Part shown: positions 1 through 41,422 of the stretch, in pieces
Position numbering within the stretch: position 1 is the first letter of the stretch
How the letters are laid out: every line of letters starts with the position of its first letter
Source: Balanoglossus misakiensis
Taxonomy: Eukaryota > Animalia > Hemichordata
Reading direction: 5' to 3'
Assembly: GCA_040954595.2 (NCBI GenBank)
Contig: CM082580.2
Coordinates: forward strand, 13,814,242 to 13,878,241
Length of the DNA: 64,000 nt
Translations under genes and position numbers: made by a program
The notes under the pieces: generated by a model
Databases searched by the model: none
What the model was told of the DNA's origin: nothing
Seen by the model: only the letters and a program-made list of their open reading frames with translations

Positions 1-359
1 TAAAGATTAATAAGATAAATACAAAATATTTTTTCCAGACCGTTGACAACTAGACATACTATGATGAAAACAGTAATTTGAAATTCAATCATCTGCAAAA
101 CCTCACTGGTTTTATGTTTGGGAACACAGCTGTTTTTATTACAGATTATTTGTATCGGCAACTTGGTATTTTTAAAGAGGAGAGGAAATGGTAAACCACT
201 TGACACTTTTTATGCATCTGAGACGACACTGGAGACAGGAACTGATGAACACCACCAGGCCAGGAGTGAGAGTTTATCAGCATTAAGACTCAGAGAGTTT
301 TGCACTGGGTTTGAACATGTGAAGGGGTGGTGACCTAGAGTGACACCGTCAATGTCTCT

Positions 360-15392
<15,033 letters not shown>

Positions 15393-15399
15393 ACTAGAA

Positions 15400-17200
15400 T
15401 TATAAGACACACAGGAAGTGAAATCCCCAGTATACTAAATGCACTTAACAGCCAGCAGGAGAGAATGGAAGATCGGGAAGTTATGTGTTCAATCACACAA
15501 ACCCGAACTGACTGCACTGACTAGAGACTACTATAAAGTGACACTCCAACGTAAACAAATCACACGTGCGCGTTGTAACTACCGATAATATTTAACAAAC
15601 GCGGCGCTGCAGACAACCAAAAGACGATCAACGGCAAAGCAGGAGAGCTCGTGCAGCAAAAGAACGAAAAGTGAGATTTCCCCACAGCCTATGTGCTAAT
15701 TTCAAGGTCATGAAGGATGATCTATGTTATCGTTTCCATCACAATACAGTGATCACATTTCATCGCTTGTTCCCGCCTACTAACCGATTTACCTACTCCG
15801 TATTATATTCATACGCACAGCTCGACGGAGGAGCGGCGCTGATCGACGATAAACTGTTCGTTCGTGAGAACTAAACCTCACTATTTCCCCGGTTTTGTCG
15901 GACGCCGAAATAAGGAAACTGGTTCGACATAATTTAGAAACTCTGGCTTATGCTATTTCTTTCGTCCCTTGATACTATTCGTTTTATTCGGAATGCTTGT
16001 TTTAATATTTTAAAACTTCTTAACTTTCACATTCTGAATGCGAACCAGTCGCGAGGGGCGGGGCCGGACATGAAATGGAATGTCAAATTGTATCAGTTGT
16101 GTGGTATATTTACAATGTAAAGTTCCAAACTAACAGCTTATGCAATAACCGGTCCAAAGTCAGTCAAAGTGATGATGCAAACAGGGAAAGTTGCAGCTGG
16201 AAACACATGAAACCTACACCCGAAATGAGACATGCCTCATAAAAGAATCGCGAAAAAGAAACACATGGAAGTTTAATTTTAGCACAAACTGCATAAATTT
16301 CATGCAGTTCCGTATGATTTATTTTCTTCCGAAGCTAGCTGAGTGGTACTCCGGAAGCAGGCGATATCTTATCATGAACATATAAGCTTATATACAACAA
16401 TAGGATAAACCCCACCCGCGATAAGCAAATCAAGCGGAAGTATTAATTAGGATTTCGTTTAGCAAATAAACTGTTGGTACAATAGCAATATGATTACATT
16501 TTAAAGTTAAAACCACGTTTTGCTCATGCCGATTGTCCCTAATCCTCGCTTTTACTTTTTTATGCGTTCGTCTTTATGTGTAACATGACTAATGAGGGCG
16601 TATGTCGGGATTTCAATCAAAAGTTTGTCTCCTACAAAACTGAATTTCGTACAGCTATACCAGGTGAAGTGTATTGAAAGTTTTAAAAAGTGACGTTATG
16701 TTGTGAGATTAAGACCTTTGTTTCGTTTTTCGAAGGCAAACTTTTTGTAGATGAATGGTTTACGATATCTGACACTATCCGGATTCCCGAACCCTTGAAT
16801 TTAACCCCAAGACTACTCAGCCGCTTGTTGGCGGACAGGACAGACAGTCCTGACACGTTACCATGGTTACTTGCGTCTGGATTCTGGCCAATCATGCCTA
16901 TGGAGGCAATGAACATGATGAGCAATGAACATGATCTGCCATATAGGCTCTCTCACAAGCAATGTGTTTGAAAGCGGGTTTTGAACCATTTCCAATTCTT
17001 TGGATCGCACAAACCTAGAAATATATTATCTTCAAACAGCCATGTATTTGTACGATTCTTATGTCGTATACTTATTTTATTTGAAACACGTTCCTTGAAA
17101 CTTCGGCGAGAAGTTAAAGAAACTCATTGAACGAGGATGAAGCCGCCATTTTGCACATGTGGGAAAGAGCCGGTGATCAGCATATGGAAAGTAACGCTAT
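15400..17200. promoter_or_regulatory. Divergent promoter interval between the minus-strand gene and GARS
   Basis: CpG-enriched relative to gene bodies; E-box CACGTG near 15563, GC box GGGGCGGGGC near 16055, YY1-type GCCGCCATTTTG at 17142-17153. Confidence 0.5.
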
Positions 17201-17209
17201 GGAAATGCT

Positions 17210-17219
<10 letters not shown>
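17157..17219 (+). promoter_or_regulatory. uORF overlapping the mitochondrial GARS start codon
   Basis: In-frame ATGs at 17157, 17184, 17199 and 17205 (MWERAGDQHMESNAMEMLCV*), TAG at 17217-17219, out of frame with ATG 17210. Confidence 0.55.
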
Positions 17220-22554
<5,335 letters not shown>

Positions 22555-23361
22555 TAGACCTCAGTTACTGTTTGTCAGCAAATCATGACAACTGATATGC
22601 ATGTGTAGTAAATACAAGATGCCAAGGGGAGGGGAGAGAAAATCTTCAAAGGGAAGGGGGGAGGGGTTCTGTCATCAGCACAGATGAACTGGTGCTAACT
22701 TCATCAGATTCTTTCATCTTCAGCTCAGTTTTCTCAAGAAAGAAACACGCTACCCAAACTAGTCAATAAAAGACATACAGCACAAATATTGAAACTTTCT
22801 TCCTTAAAATATGTGTACTGTCATTATGATAGTCTCCATGTTATGTACGTCCGCATTTTGTAATTTGGAGGTTATGGTGGCAAGCCTCTGACAAGAATAC
22901 ATGTAGATATTTGGCTTAGAATGAGACATGTCTAGGATTTGTTGTAAAGATAAATACCAGTACATGTACTTGGTAGTTCTACAAGATGTTTCAGATGATC
23001 TAAGAAAAACAAGAGCTTTTGTCCTTGTAATATTTGAGACTTTTACACATTTTGACTGTATGAGAGGAGTCATGAATTTTTGTTTCTCTGATCTCTGCCG
23101 CTAACTTCTAAAATAATGTAACCATGAACTGCTAGAAATAAATATCTTCAATATTTATATAACTGTAGTCATTGCAATTTGTCCTGTCTACGCAATGAGC
23201 CATCCACTACCAGCGAAATATCCAGATACTGTGCAGTGCACTGTGTGCATCACAACACTAAAGATAACTCAGACAGGAGGTACTTAATTCATGCACAAAA
23301 ACAAATTAGTCATTGTTCAATTTGAAAGAAATGGCACCTCCTTCCAGGTGCACATCTTGGT

Positions 23362-23703
23362 TCATGAGCCATCATGCTCTATAATATAAGCGCTGTGTGC
23401 TTGACCTGGTTGGGGTTTCATTTCTACCTCGCACACGGTTTTGCCTGAGAGCTTCGTTTTTTGACGTACCACAACTTCCTTGAAGCACCTTGCTGACATA
23501 CATATGTAAATTCAGTCGATATAAAACTAAATTGACATGTTTCAAGAAAAAATAGCAGAAAGTTGTTACTTACAGTACAGGATGTTCGCAATGAGAACTA
23601 CAAACCAATCCAGTCCATATCGTCACAGTCATGAGCTTCATCTTCATTTGGTTGTCAGAAATTGCTCTGGGTAATGAATTTTGTCATCACAACTTTCAGC
23701 CAT
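23362..23703 (-). other. Cryptic spliced locus: ORF interrupted only by TGA codons (selenoprotein candidate, small gene or decayed pseudogene)
   Basis: Strong Kozak aacatcATGG at 23703; 81 nt AT-rich GTAAGT...TCAG intron at 23573-23493; in-frame TGA at codons 20, 22, 25, 27; terminal TGA at 23364-23362; CCAAT boxes and CpGs at 23710-23860. Confidence 0.35.
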
Positions 23704-24570
23704 GATGTTTGCGCCTCAAAGATCGAGTTTCGAATGACGGAAGTGGCGTCTCATTGACCATCTGGACAAATGAACTGGCTGACAACTATCCAATCAAAAC
23801 GTGTCATTCAACAGGTAAATTTTGTGAAGCTCGTGATTGGTTGTGTGATGGAGACGCTGTTTAGCATACTAAGATCACAGATGTTGTCATAATGTCTAGT
23901 GTTGTAAGCTGGATAATGTACTCAAGCAATTGTTCAGAGATTGAACTCGAATGGGGCCTGAGGCTTATACAAGTTAACAGGTACAATTTGGAGGCTGTGA
24001 TAGTAAAACTAGAATATGTTGAGAAAGAAAAACATTGCGCAAAATACCAACAAGTGCAGGACCAAAACAGAACTGAATTCACTGATACTTGCATTTATTT
24101 GCAGTATCATCCTATTCCTAGTTTACAACAGTTCCTAATTCACAAAATACACATCTTTGCCACTTACCTACAACCACTGGCAAATCTCACACACGTATTG
24201 AAGTGACTTCCTCTACAAAATATTCTTCTCATGCTGTATTTCTATGCACAGGCACAACCACACAATCTTTGGACATCCATAGAATATTTCTTTCTGATAC
24301 ATTATAGATACATTAATGTACAGTTATGGGGGGAAAATAGTGAAATCTACAGTATTGCTAAGAATGACAGCTAGAAGATTATTGAAATATTGCAACAACC
24401 ACCGAGAGTACCAAACACCACATGTATATCGGTATATGGGGCTGGGAATAGTTGAGACTTCAGTTAAGGACAAAGATCTGTGTTGTATTGTGAAACATTG
24501 TATGCTGACAGTTGTGATCAAGAATATCAGAATTGAAATCACTTTTTCTGTCATTTTAAATCAGAATGTT

Positions 24571-27500
24571 TCATCTCCTCAGTTTGTCGATTTCTTCAAT
24601 CACTTGCACCAACTTCTGTCGTGATTTCTTCTGGAACAGCGATCCCACTCCGCTCAGCACAAGATTGGTCAACTGCTTGGCTGAGTATTCCTGGGGGAGG
24701 GACAAACAAGGAGAAGATTTTGAGTATCAGAAATACTGGTGAGGTGTGAGACAAGACTGAAGTGATGTGAATTTCACTCACTAGAGACACTACAGCTGTT
24801 TGGAGTAGACACTGACAACTTTATTACAGTATATATGTATGTCATTTCAAAGTAGCCAACATGCAAGATGCCATACCCTGTGATCTCGTATCCACTGTTC
24901 CATATCATCTTCAGCAAGGTAGAATGCTTTAATGTAAGTCTCTACATACTCTCTGTCTGGGATTGGTCTGCAACCATGGCAACAAGGAAAACCACATTAA
25001 GCATACCGGTACAACATTAACACATTATTATTTAGTTGAACTTGATCCCAGAATGCTTGAATACTTCAAGTGAAAATTGCTCCTCCTCTCAATAAACTGC
25101 AAGGAAGCCTGGACATTTGTTTCTTTATGTTACCTACCTTATATCCGTCAATTTTTCCAGTTTCATCAGAAACTGCTGGAAGTCTAATTGCATCAATGCT
25201 CTTCCTTCGTTGCTGCATTTCTTGGCACATGAAAATCTGTTACAGAAAAAGAAGTAATATTTCACACTGGATATCATCACATATTCCTCAATCGCACTCT
25301 GCATAATGTCTTTCTACTCAGACACTCAATTTGATAGAAACCAAAACAGGTCTGGATTGACAACATTTCTTACCCTTCGACAAATGTCCAGTTACAGAGC
25401 CTGATGGTGTGTTCCCACAGAATGTAATACACAGGCTGAGGTAAAGGAACTTTCCTGCAATATGGGAACAAAGTTGGAAGTAAGAAGACACAGACAAATG
25501 CAAGCAAAGATTATTTTCTTGAACAAAAATACATGATCAAAACAATATGTGTGTTCACTTTGATTGCAATGTAAGTCTTTTGTAAGAGACGGTAAACTGA
25601 ATTGTTTACAACCCTCACACAAAGCAAAGAACTTTTCACAGCAAGCATAGCAACAGGTTCCTTACCTGGCAACATCCTGCACTCTGAGATCAAACACTTG
25701 TAATTCCTACAAGAAGAAACCACAGTGAAACACACATCAACACATCAAAATGAACTCAAAAGAAACACATCTGTATATACAATCCTCTCAATGACAGCGG
25801 TTGTTTCTTACCTCCAGTAACCAGTCAACGTAAGGACTGTGCTGTGACATGATTTCTTTGATGTCCCATTTCACATTACCCATCATCTGGATCATTTCTT
25901 CAAAGTCTATGGCTTTGGTGGCCACACTGCGGTACACTGGAGTTCGTAGTTCGGATGCCACCATTATTGTCTGCAGGGAAATCAGAGTCCGTCAATGTTA
26001 GGTTCTGACATATTCTTATTCACATCAAACTTTATGCCTCAACTAAATATGAAAAGTGTACCTGAGAATAAAACTGTTGCAGGAATGGTTTCTTGGACGC
26101 TGGAATCATGGCTTCCAAGTATGGCTGTAAAAACTGAAACTGCTGAGCTAAAAACAACCTGGAAATAAAATATGAAACATGGAGTAAAGCGAAAACACAA
26201 TTTTTCACTTTCTTTCACAAACAATAATTGTGAACTCTGATATATGTGTTCTACTTACAACGATTCGGTAGCAACCATTCTCTCTGCCAAACCAAACAAT
26301 CTGTTCAGATCTGTCATGTCTACAACTGGTGACAGATGGGGATAGGGTAGTTTGATCTGAAAGAAGAATGCATATTGGTGTTCTCTGAATGTTCAAGTTT
26401 ATTTTAAGAAAATATTGTGATGTGAAAGAAAAAGAGATTTGGATAACTGTCACTTGTACCTTGCCATCAGGTACAGCTGATGGTGGCATGCCTGCTACTG
26501 GTTCTGGCTGGATCAAATTATCTTGTATTCGCTTCAAAGAAGTTGTCAGTCGACTTCCTAGGACACGGCTTGAATTTTCATTCTGGAACGAGGTAGGAAC
26601 AGAAGTTAATTTGAAAAAAAGAAGACCAATATTCTGTCTTTTCTATTTTTGCTCTGGATATCGTATAGTATTCAGTTTCTGAAAGACTATTTGAAAAGTG
26701 TACTTGGTGATGTAAATGATTATACTTACAGCATTACTGACAAAGAATGAATAAACCGCAAACAGATAGTAGTCAAAGAGCTGAGACATACAGATAGTCA
26801 CATCAAAAGCTACTGACTTCAGAACTCTCATCATCTGCATGTATTTCCCTGAAAAAAAGTAGACAAAGCAGAAGAATAGTTTTCTCTGTAAGTATGAATT
26901 TCTAGTGTCTCTTAAAATTCATGTTAGGAGAGCAGCTGAACAGTAAAGATTCTGCCAAAATATAAACATGACAACTATGGGAATGTGTCACAAGAATTCA
27001 GGAACTTACCGAAGAATCTAAGCACATTGAGAGTCGTATTAGTCACAATTGGTGGTGGTGATTTAGTGTACGGCTTGTCAGATTTCTTTCTGGATCTTAC
27101 ATTATACCTGCAGGATGGAGGGCAGAAAATAAACATTGATGATCTAACTTTTCTAATGAAAGACCATATAAAATGTAGCTAATATCTTTCTGGATATGAC
27201 AATTGATACACCAATTGATTTGAATATTAACATGTCTCACCTGTTGATAGGTTGTTCTCCAGTCTGTTCATCTACATATTCTAGTTTAAGTTCATCTGGG
27301 ACATCACTGTCATCAGAGTCATCTTCGTTGTCATTTTCTTTATCTTGAATGGCATCGTCACTCTCATACTGAAGAATGAAAAACCCAAATCAACAAACAT
27401 GCTATCTTAGAATTGAAATGAAGGGCTAATACTTCAAACGTGCAATACGGGTATGGTCTCTTTAATGAGGGTACCCATCAATCAGTATAGTTGTTGTCCA

Positions 27501-30500
27501 TATATGGATACAATGCCCATATATGGGCATAATTGTACGAATAGATCTGGAAGTCTCACCCCATTGGCTGCCATCAGATCTTCGCCTTCTTCCTCTTCCA
27601 CCTGCACTTCAAACGGGTTGCCATGGCTGCCATACTTCACAAAAAAGCTGATTTCTTGGTGTTGGTGTTTGGGTGAATCTACCGGGCTGTTGGTCTCTTC
27701 CTTGGTCACATCAGCGTGCACTGCGGACTTCTTCAGGGAACGGAACTCCTGTTGTTCGCAAAAATTGTCAAAAGTAAAGTTCCACACACCCTGGGATGGT
27801 TAAAGGCGCAAGTTTTTGAGAATTTGACACACATTTATTTTTACTATCTGTGGAGAATACTTGAAACATCTTACCTGTAAATTGAAAATAGTAAAATTTG
27901 ATCTGACGGGACAGAGTTCCCAAGCTTCATTTTCAAGAAACATTCTGAGTTCATCCATTCTGGCTCTGTGTAAAAAAACATAATCAGTGGTGATAAAGGG
28001 TCTATCCTACTGACTATATTGTAAGAGTGTAGGGGTTTGAGAAAGTGATCTGACAGAGGCTTTCTCTTCTGTGTTAAATACCTGTGATAATTCTTGAAAT
28101 AGTTAGCACTCTGCTGTCTGATCGAGTCCTGCAGTCCTTCCGATTTGCTGCCACAGAATTCCTCCCCAATTTCCATCAGTCTGTTGATCAGATTCAACAC
28201 GTTCAGGAAGTCGTCAAACTTGAAATATGCCAGGTCTGTGCCCAGGAGGTAAGTCTTCACTTTCTGTTGTACGTCCTGTGATGCGTGGGTGAGAGAGAGG
28301 GGGACAAAGAAAGGGCAGAGAGATTTAGAAGCAGTGCAATTTTTCAACACAGGAAAGAGACTTGCATTTGAACTTGTTAAATATAAAGCCTTCATCCTTT
28401 TGAACTTTCCATTTCTGTGAGAATGAAACATCAGACATACCTGCCAAATTCTTGTCAAGCCATGTTCTAGTTTCTTTTGGATGTACTTCCTGTTCAGATT
28501 AGCTTCCAGATTAACACTTGTACTTCCCTCTGAAATCACATCAATGATTAGAGGTCAGTGTTTCTGTAACCATGGCATCACAATGCTCATCATATCTGCC
28601 ATAATATCAGTATACACATGCACTAAACAGAATCCTCAATAGTACAGATAATGTCCCTCTTGTAAAAAAAACCCACATTTTCAGGGCCCTGTAAAATACC
28701 TGTTTCAGAGCTTCCAACAGGTTGCGTTGCAGGATCAAAACGTTCGTGCCATTCGATTGTCTTGTGATAGCTTTTCATGACCTCCCACAATGCTTTGCAA
28801 AGGTCAATCAAACAGGGTATGTAGATCTCAACAGTCACATGCTGTGAAGGAAAGAGATGAACCATTTTAATCAAACATTTACTCATTGATGAGAAATTAA
28901 CTGGGCAAATATCAGGCTCTTTACACAAATACTGCTATAATACTTAGTACTCACCCCACATAGATCCCTATATGGCATTTTCTGGAAGTTGACACCTTCG
29001 TTACCGGAGCAGAGTTCAACGTAGCCAAGCACCATGGTAAAAGCTGTGTTGTGTATTTCACTGGTGAAATGCATATGCAGCTGATCCATTGCAGTCTGCC
29101 ATGAAATATCAAAGGTCATAATTTAGTAGTTTCATATCTGCCAAGGTGATCTTTCAACCTGAGTTTAAGGGAATAATATTAGTATGCTACCATATACTCT
29201 ATATGCTAAATGTTTACTGTACCTGAGTTTTGCCAAGCAGCCGATATGCTGTCTGTACTTTGTCATAATGACGTGTGTCAAAGTTGGAACATGTTCTCCT
29301 CAGAGCATGATCCAATTGTTCCTGTAGATGGACACAAAATCATGTGGTAAAAGAAATATGGACAAATGACCGATGGGCAAGAGAACGAATATTTATAAAA
29401 ACTATTTCAACAGAAAACATCATACCTCTATCATTTCAAGCGTGTCTTGAAGCTTTGAGTTCAGTTCACTGCAAAGGAAACAAAGCCACAAATTAGAAGG
29501 TTCCCCAGAAGCAAACAAATGCATCAAAGAAAACACAAATCATTAAGTTATATTTACAAATTAATGTGTATAAATTTCATAAAGATACAGCACTGATGCT
29601 ACAATGTAGGTCCTGCCATATCAATTAACACTGACAAGGTATACAAACCTGATGCATGTAAAATGTTTGAAATTACTTGCAGCTTTTTGGCATTCTAGAC
29701 ATAACTGAATGGCCCCAGGGTAATCTTCTTCCTGTCAGTAGAAAGTAGGAGAATTTCAAGCATATGATTGCACATCCCACACATACTTCTTGTACAATAG
29801 AATCACACAAGATTTCTTGTTTGGGTCTAACCATTTTCCTCATAGAAGGAGTAATGGTTTTGACACTTACCTCCATCATTTCACATAGTCTAATATCTGT
29901 TCTTTGCTGTGAAAGGGAAGAAGAAAAAATCATTAGCTACTAATGCATCTTTGACTTTGATGATTATTGCTTTGAATATCTACACAAATGATCTTTATTA
30001 TACAATCTGTTGTAAAGTGAATTGAACTCACCAAAGTCTTGATGGTATGAAGTGATTTCATCAGACTAATAAGTTGCAGTCTCTTCCTGTGTTTTGCTAG
30101 AATACTCAGAGATGCAACGGTGAAATCAGTCTTGGCTTGTGAAAGTTGTCTGTCAAAATACAAGAGTTGGGATGGAGTATATTTATTCACAAATACAAAC
30201 ACAAACACAAATGCAAACACAAACACAAACAAGATTCATCCGTACCTTCTTCCATTTGCACAAATAACATTAGCAGTCTGTAAATTTTTCTTGAGTTCCA
30301 TAACTCTTTGCAATTCCTAAAAAGAAGAATCACACAATATTATCAAATGGACGACATACATTCTGATAATCAACATATATCTTTGAATCCATACTGACAA
30401 TGTCAAATGATGTCTGCTAGATGTCAAAAATACTTCATATCGTGTCAGACTGGTTGAACGCACAAATTCACTGCAGATTACCTTCACATATGCAGAGTGA

Positions 30501-31996
30501 TTTTCTAACACGAGGTCTGAGACTTTCTTTGAAACCTGGAATGAGACAGAACAACAAAGTGCATGGGATTATGTTGAAAACTTGTGTGATTGAACTTGTG
30601 TCATTTACATTTACATTTTCCCAGGTCCAGACAAAACTCAACCAGTGATTACTTACTGACTGCAACTGTCTCCGTAGAACGTCTCTTTTTTCATCCACTT
30701 TGTCCAGCTCAAAGCCATCAGATAATTTCTGTTAAAAAGGGAGAATGACTGATAAACCGAGCCAACGAATAATGACACAGAAACAAATAATGTGAGAACA
30801 ATAGACATGAGAAATAACACATTTTAAAGACTTTCACTATAAACTTGACTTGATAACAAAAGATGAATCTGGCAGGAAGAGGGTTAAGGAAAATCACTTA
30901 CCTCTAGTTCATATTTACTGGAGTCAAACGACTCATCACTGAAATAGATCTGCTCTATACTTGAGATGATCTTGGAAACAAAAAAGAACCATAACATGGC
31001 AGAGTTATTTAAACTTTCATACATTTTATGTTTTTGAAGTAAGTCCTGCATTAAAGACCACAACATTTTTTTTACTTTCCATCTGAGGATATCAGAAATG
31101 CTACAACAACAGAACTCACCTCTGCCTCTGCTGCAGGATCAATTGCATACTCGCGCTCATCTTCCTGAAAATGAAACCAAAGAGACTGAATGAGACACAT
31201 AGCACAAAAAGAATGGTACAGTTGTATATTTATCTGTGTGAATGGACTCAACCACACCAATGCATTTTATGGGCTTCGACCAAATTAAGTGATGGTTGGT
31301 TAAAGAGAGTCATATGTCATATACCTTGTATTTGTACACAGGGTCAATATGCTGACTGATATCTTCATCTTCTTGAGAACTTCTCAACTTGGATCTCTGA
31401 AATCAAATGTTGAATACACTCTGTTTATAATGTGCAATTCACCATTGGGAAAAGACTTTCAAATGTGCAAAAGATACTGCATGCACTGGGCCATAAATAT
31501 AAAGCTCAAGCTCTCATGTTGATTAGAGTATTCTCTGACTACGCATGATGTGAAAGTTTCAAAAACCTTGGAAAACAAAGATATCACACCATTAGTCATT
31601 TAGTGTTGGGGCACAAAGGGCACATAATGATTTCAACACTGCCCCAAAATTGTATCACTGGCAATGGGGTGGTGGGGAGGGGGGCGTGGCACATACTGGT
31701 ATAATGCGATATGATATGTATGACCCATTTTATATTAAAGCAAAATTCATAAATGCACTGAATCAGAAAACCCTTGGAGGGTGTAGCAAACTGGTAAACG
31801 CAGGTGGTGCCCTAGACCAGTGATCACACCCTGACTGATATTATATACATAGTGGCTATATATATCCAATCATAATGTACAGTAAGACACGTTAGTTTTC
31901 CGTGGTTAAGTTGATGCCAATTATCTAAACGGTACCAAAAGTGTCCAGTTGTAATCTTACCGGCAGTAGTGACCGAAATTTCTTCCGCAGCGCCAT
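24571..31996 (-). CDS. VPS50: Syndetin / VPS50 (EARP complex subunit, CCDC132), about 30 exons
   Basis: [86 protein letters not shown]-terminal [11 protein letters not shown]...KKSRQKL. All introns traced were GT-AG. Confidence 0.96.
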
Positions 31997-32016
31997 TCCG
32001 ATCAAAATAAAATTTC

Positions 32017-32061
32017 TCAGAGCAAGACGAAAACGACTGTGATCATACAGCAGGCAGCCAT
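32017..32061 (-). promoter_or_regulatory. YY1-type motif CAAAATGGCTGCC opening a 14-codon uORF upstream of VPS50
   Basis: MAACCMITVVFVLL* stops 20 nt before the VPS50 ATG at 31996. Confidence 0.45.
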
Positions 32062-32471
32062 TTTGTCTACTGGTGGGCGTATGGGGGCGCTATAACAGGG
32101 AAATATAACAGGGAAATAAACATGTGCTTGATTGCATGCCACTGTTCTTGTTTGGAAAATAAAATTTGGAGAGCAGGGCTCATTTATTCTTCTTGCCCAG
32201 GTATTGAAATGAAAACAATACAATGAAGCAACAAAAGATTAATGGCATTGCCCTGGGGAAAAACGATCTAGTAATATGACAATAATACAGGAGTTAAGTT
32301 GCGAAAATAATGTTTATTCAAAAATCGTATCTGTAATTATATCTGAAGGAGAACAAAAGTTTATATAATCTCTGTTATAAAAATGAATCCACAGTTTTTT
32401 ATCACTAATCAATGATTTCAATAATAGTGCTTGTCAGCATGGTAAATGTCCACTCAAGGTTTTCCACGGAA

Positions 32472-35454
<2,983 letters not shown>

Positions 35455-35549
35455 GCTTGTTTATACGGCGCTTGACGGCGAAACTACTGACGACGTCGGT
35501 GGATCGCGATCGGCAGGTATAAAATCAGCTGACAACCTAGGTTGAGCTG

Positions 35550-35596
35550 AGGTCAATGCAGTGAACTTTGAACTTTCGACGATGGGGATAGGGTCA
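35550..35596 (-). promoter_or_regulatory. Nuclear-receptor DR1 element and extra half-sites upstream of ACAA1
   Basis: TGAACT T TGAACT at 35562-35574 (AGTTCA-A-AGTTCA on the minus strand), AGGTCA at 35550, GGGTCA at 35591; about 110 bp upstream of the ATG. Confidence 0.6.
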
Positions 35597-36374
35597 ACAA
35601 ACTTTCGGGGAACGCATCAGTGCTATGAATGAATTTTATATGTTTTCTGCATGGGGGCTGCAAAATAACCATGGATGCTATTATTTTTTAATTGAACCAT
35701 CTTTTCTAAAATTCTTGATCACATTTCACAAGTGAAAGTAACATTTTCTAAGGGAAAAGGCCTAGGCCAGGACAGTGAAATGAAAACAGAAAATGTGTGC
35801 TGGTGTGATTTATTTTATTTACTCAAAGACAATGTTTTATTTTTTTTACAATCCTCCAGATAAAAAGAACATTGCATTTTCACAAATGTTTCTATGGAAT
35901 TATTTCTTTTTTCGGTCTTTACTTTTTTCTCAATCAAACTTCTCTCACTTCTTTGATATTCACATATATAAACCTATCATGCAAACTTTTTTCCTTATTT
36001 ACAATATCAATATTTTACATAAATTATCAGCCATTTACTGTTTGGATGTCTTTGGTTGTGTGAAATATATATCCTGTGACATAAATATAATGAAAACCTG
36101 CACTGATAATGTTGACATGGGATATACCAGTAATGTTAGTCAGAAAGCAGAACAAAGGTACAGTGATTTGTCTAAAAATAGAAATGTACAATAAATACCA
36201 AAGAAAGATACAAAATCACACAATATACAATACTTTCATCTGATCATAATAAAAATCTTTGAAGATCAGTATACTAGAGAAAATGTTGGAAGAAAGTAAT
36301 ACTGGCAAGATTAATATTTCATATGTAGCATGGTGATTGTTGCATAGCATAGTGTTTTAGCTGATGGAGAGAGT

Positions 36375-40781
<4,407 letters not shown>

Positions 40782-41422
40782 CTTAACCAGTTTGCTTGGG
40801 AATTTAAACTGCACACGAGAATTGTGTTCGTCGTCGTAAACTATTCAAATTACCCGTCGGGTAGTCAACATCAACAATGTAACAAGCCTGGACTTGTCAA
40901 AGATCTGGAGGGATTTCTAGATTGTCTTGAAAGACCCTTCTGAATGTGGGCCGGTCATCCGAAAAGGTGTTTACATGGTAAATCTGATGATACTCTCTCT
41001 ATATGAGAATATATTTAACACAAATTCATGCAAGTGGACGTCTAATCATCCCTTTGCATCAGCACCAACTTTATTACACAAAACTTGGGTTTCAAAAATG
41101 TTGCTATGGCCTCGCTCTCACTACATCACGCGATGTACGAGATTACCAGAGTTCACCTGGCCTTGGACTCTGCTAACTGCAAGGTCCCACTCTCTCTACT
41201 AAAAGTGCGAAATCAGTCTAGGGAACACTAATTCCACATTTTGCACTGTCGTCATTAGCCACTTTGTAATGTGTATGGTCATATGTTCATCGACAGACTT
41301 GGTCAGAAACAACGACAACGCGCCTGAAAGGTTCTCCTTCGTAAAACATAGAGGGCAGTAACGTTGCCGGTTGGATGACCCATGACCCCTACGTCCATGT
41401 GTACGATTCAGATCGATCAGAA

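Noticed and set aside
22670-22830. ATGA-containing hairpins as a SECIS for the TGA-rich ORF
   Set aside because: Each lacks the 3' GA, a full upper helix or apical adenosines.
23283-23337. Second 55 nt intron extending the TGA-only frame further
   Set aside because: Weak donor (GTGCCA) and shorter than the confident introns in this window.
30883-30891. U12 branch consensus TTCCTTAAC on the minus strand in a VPS50 intron
   Set aside because: It lies about 10 nt after a standard GTAAGT donor, far from the 3' splice site, with no U12 5' splice site.
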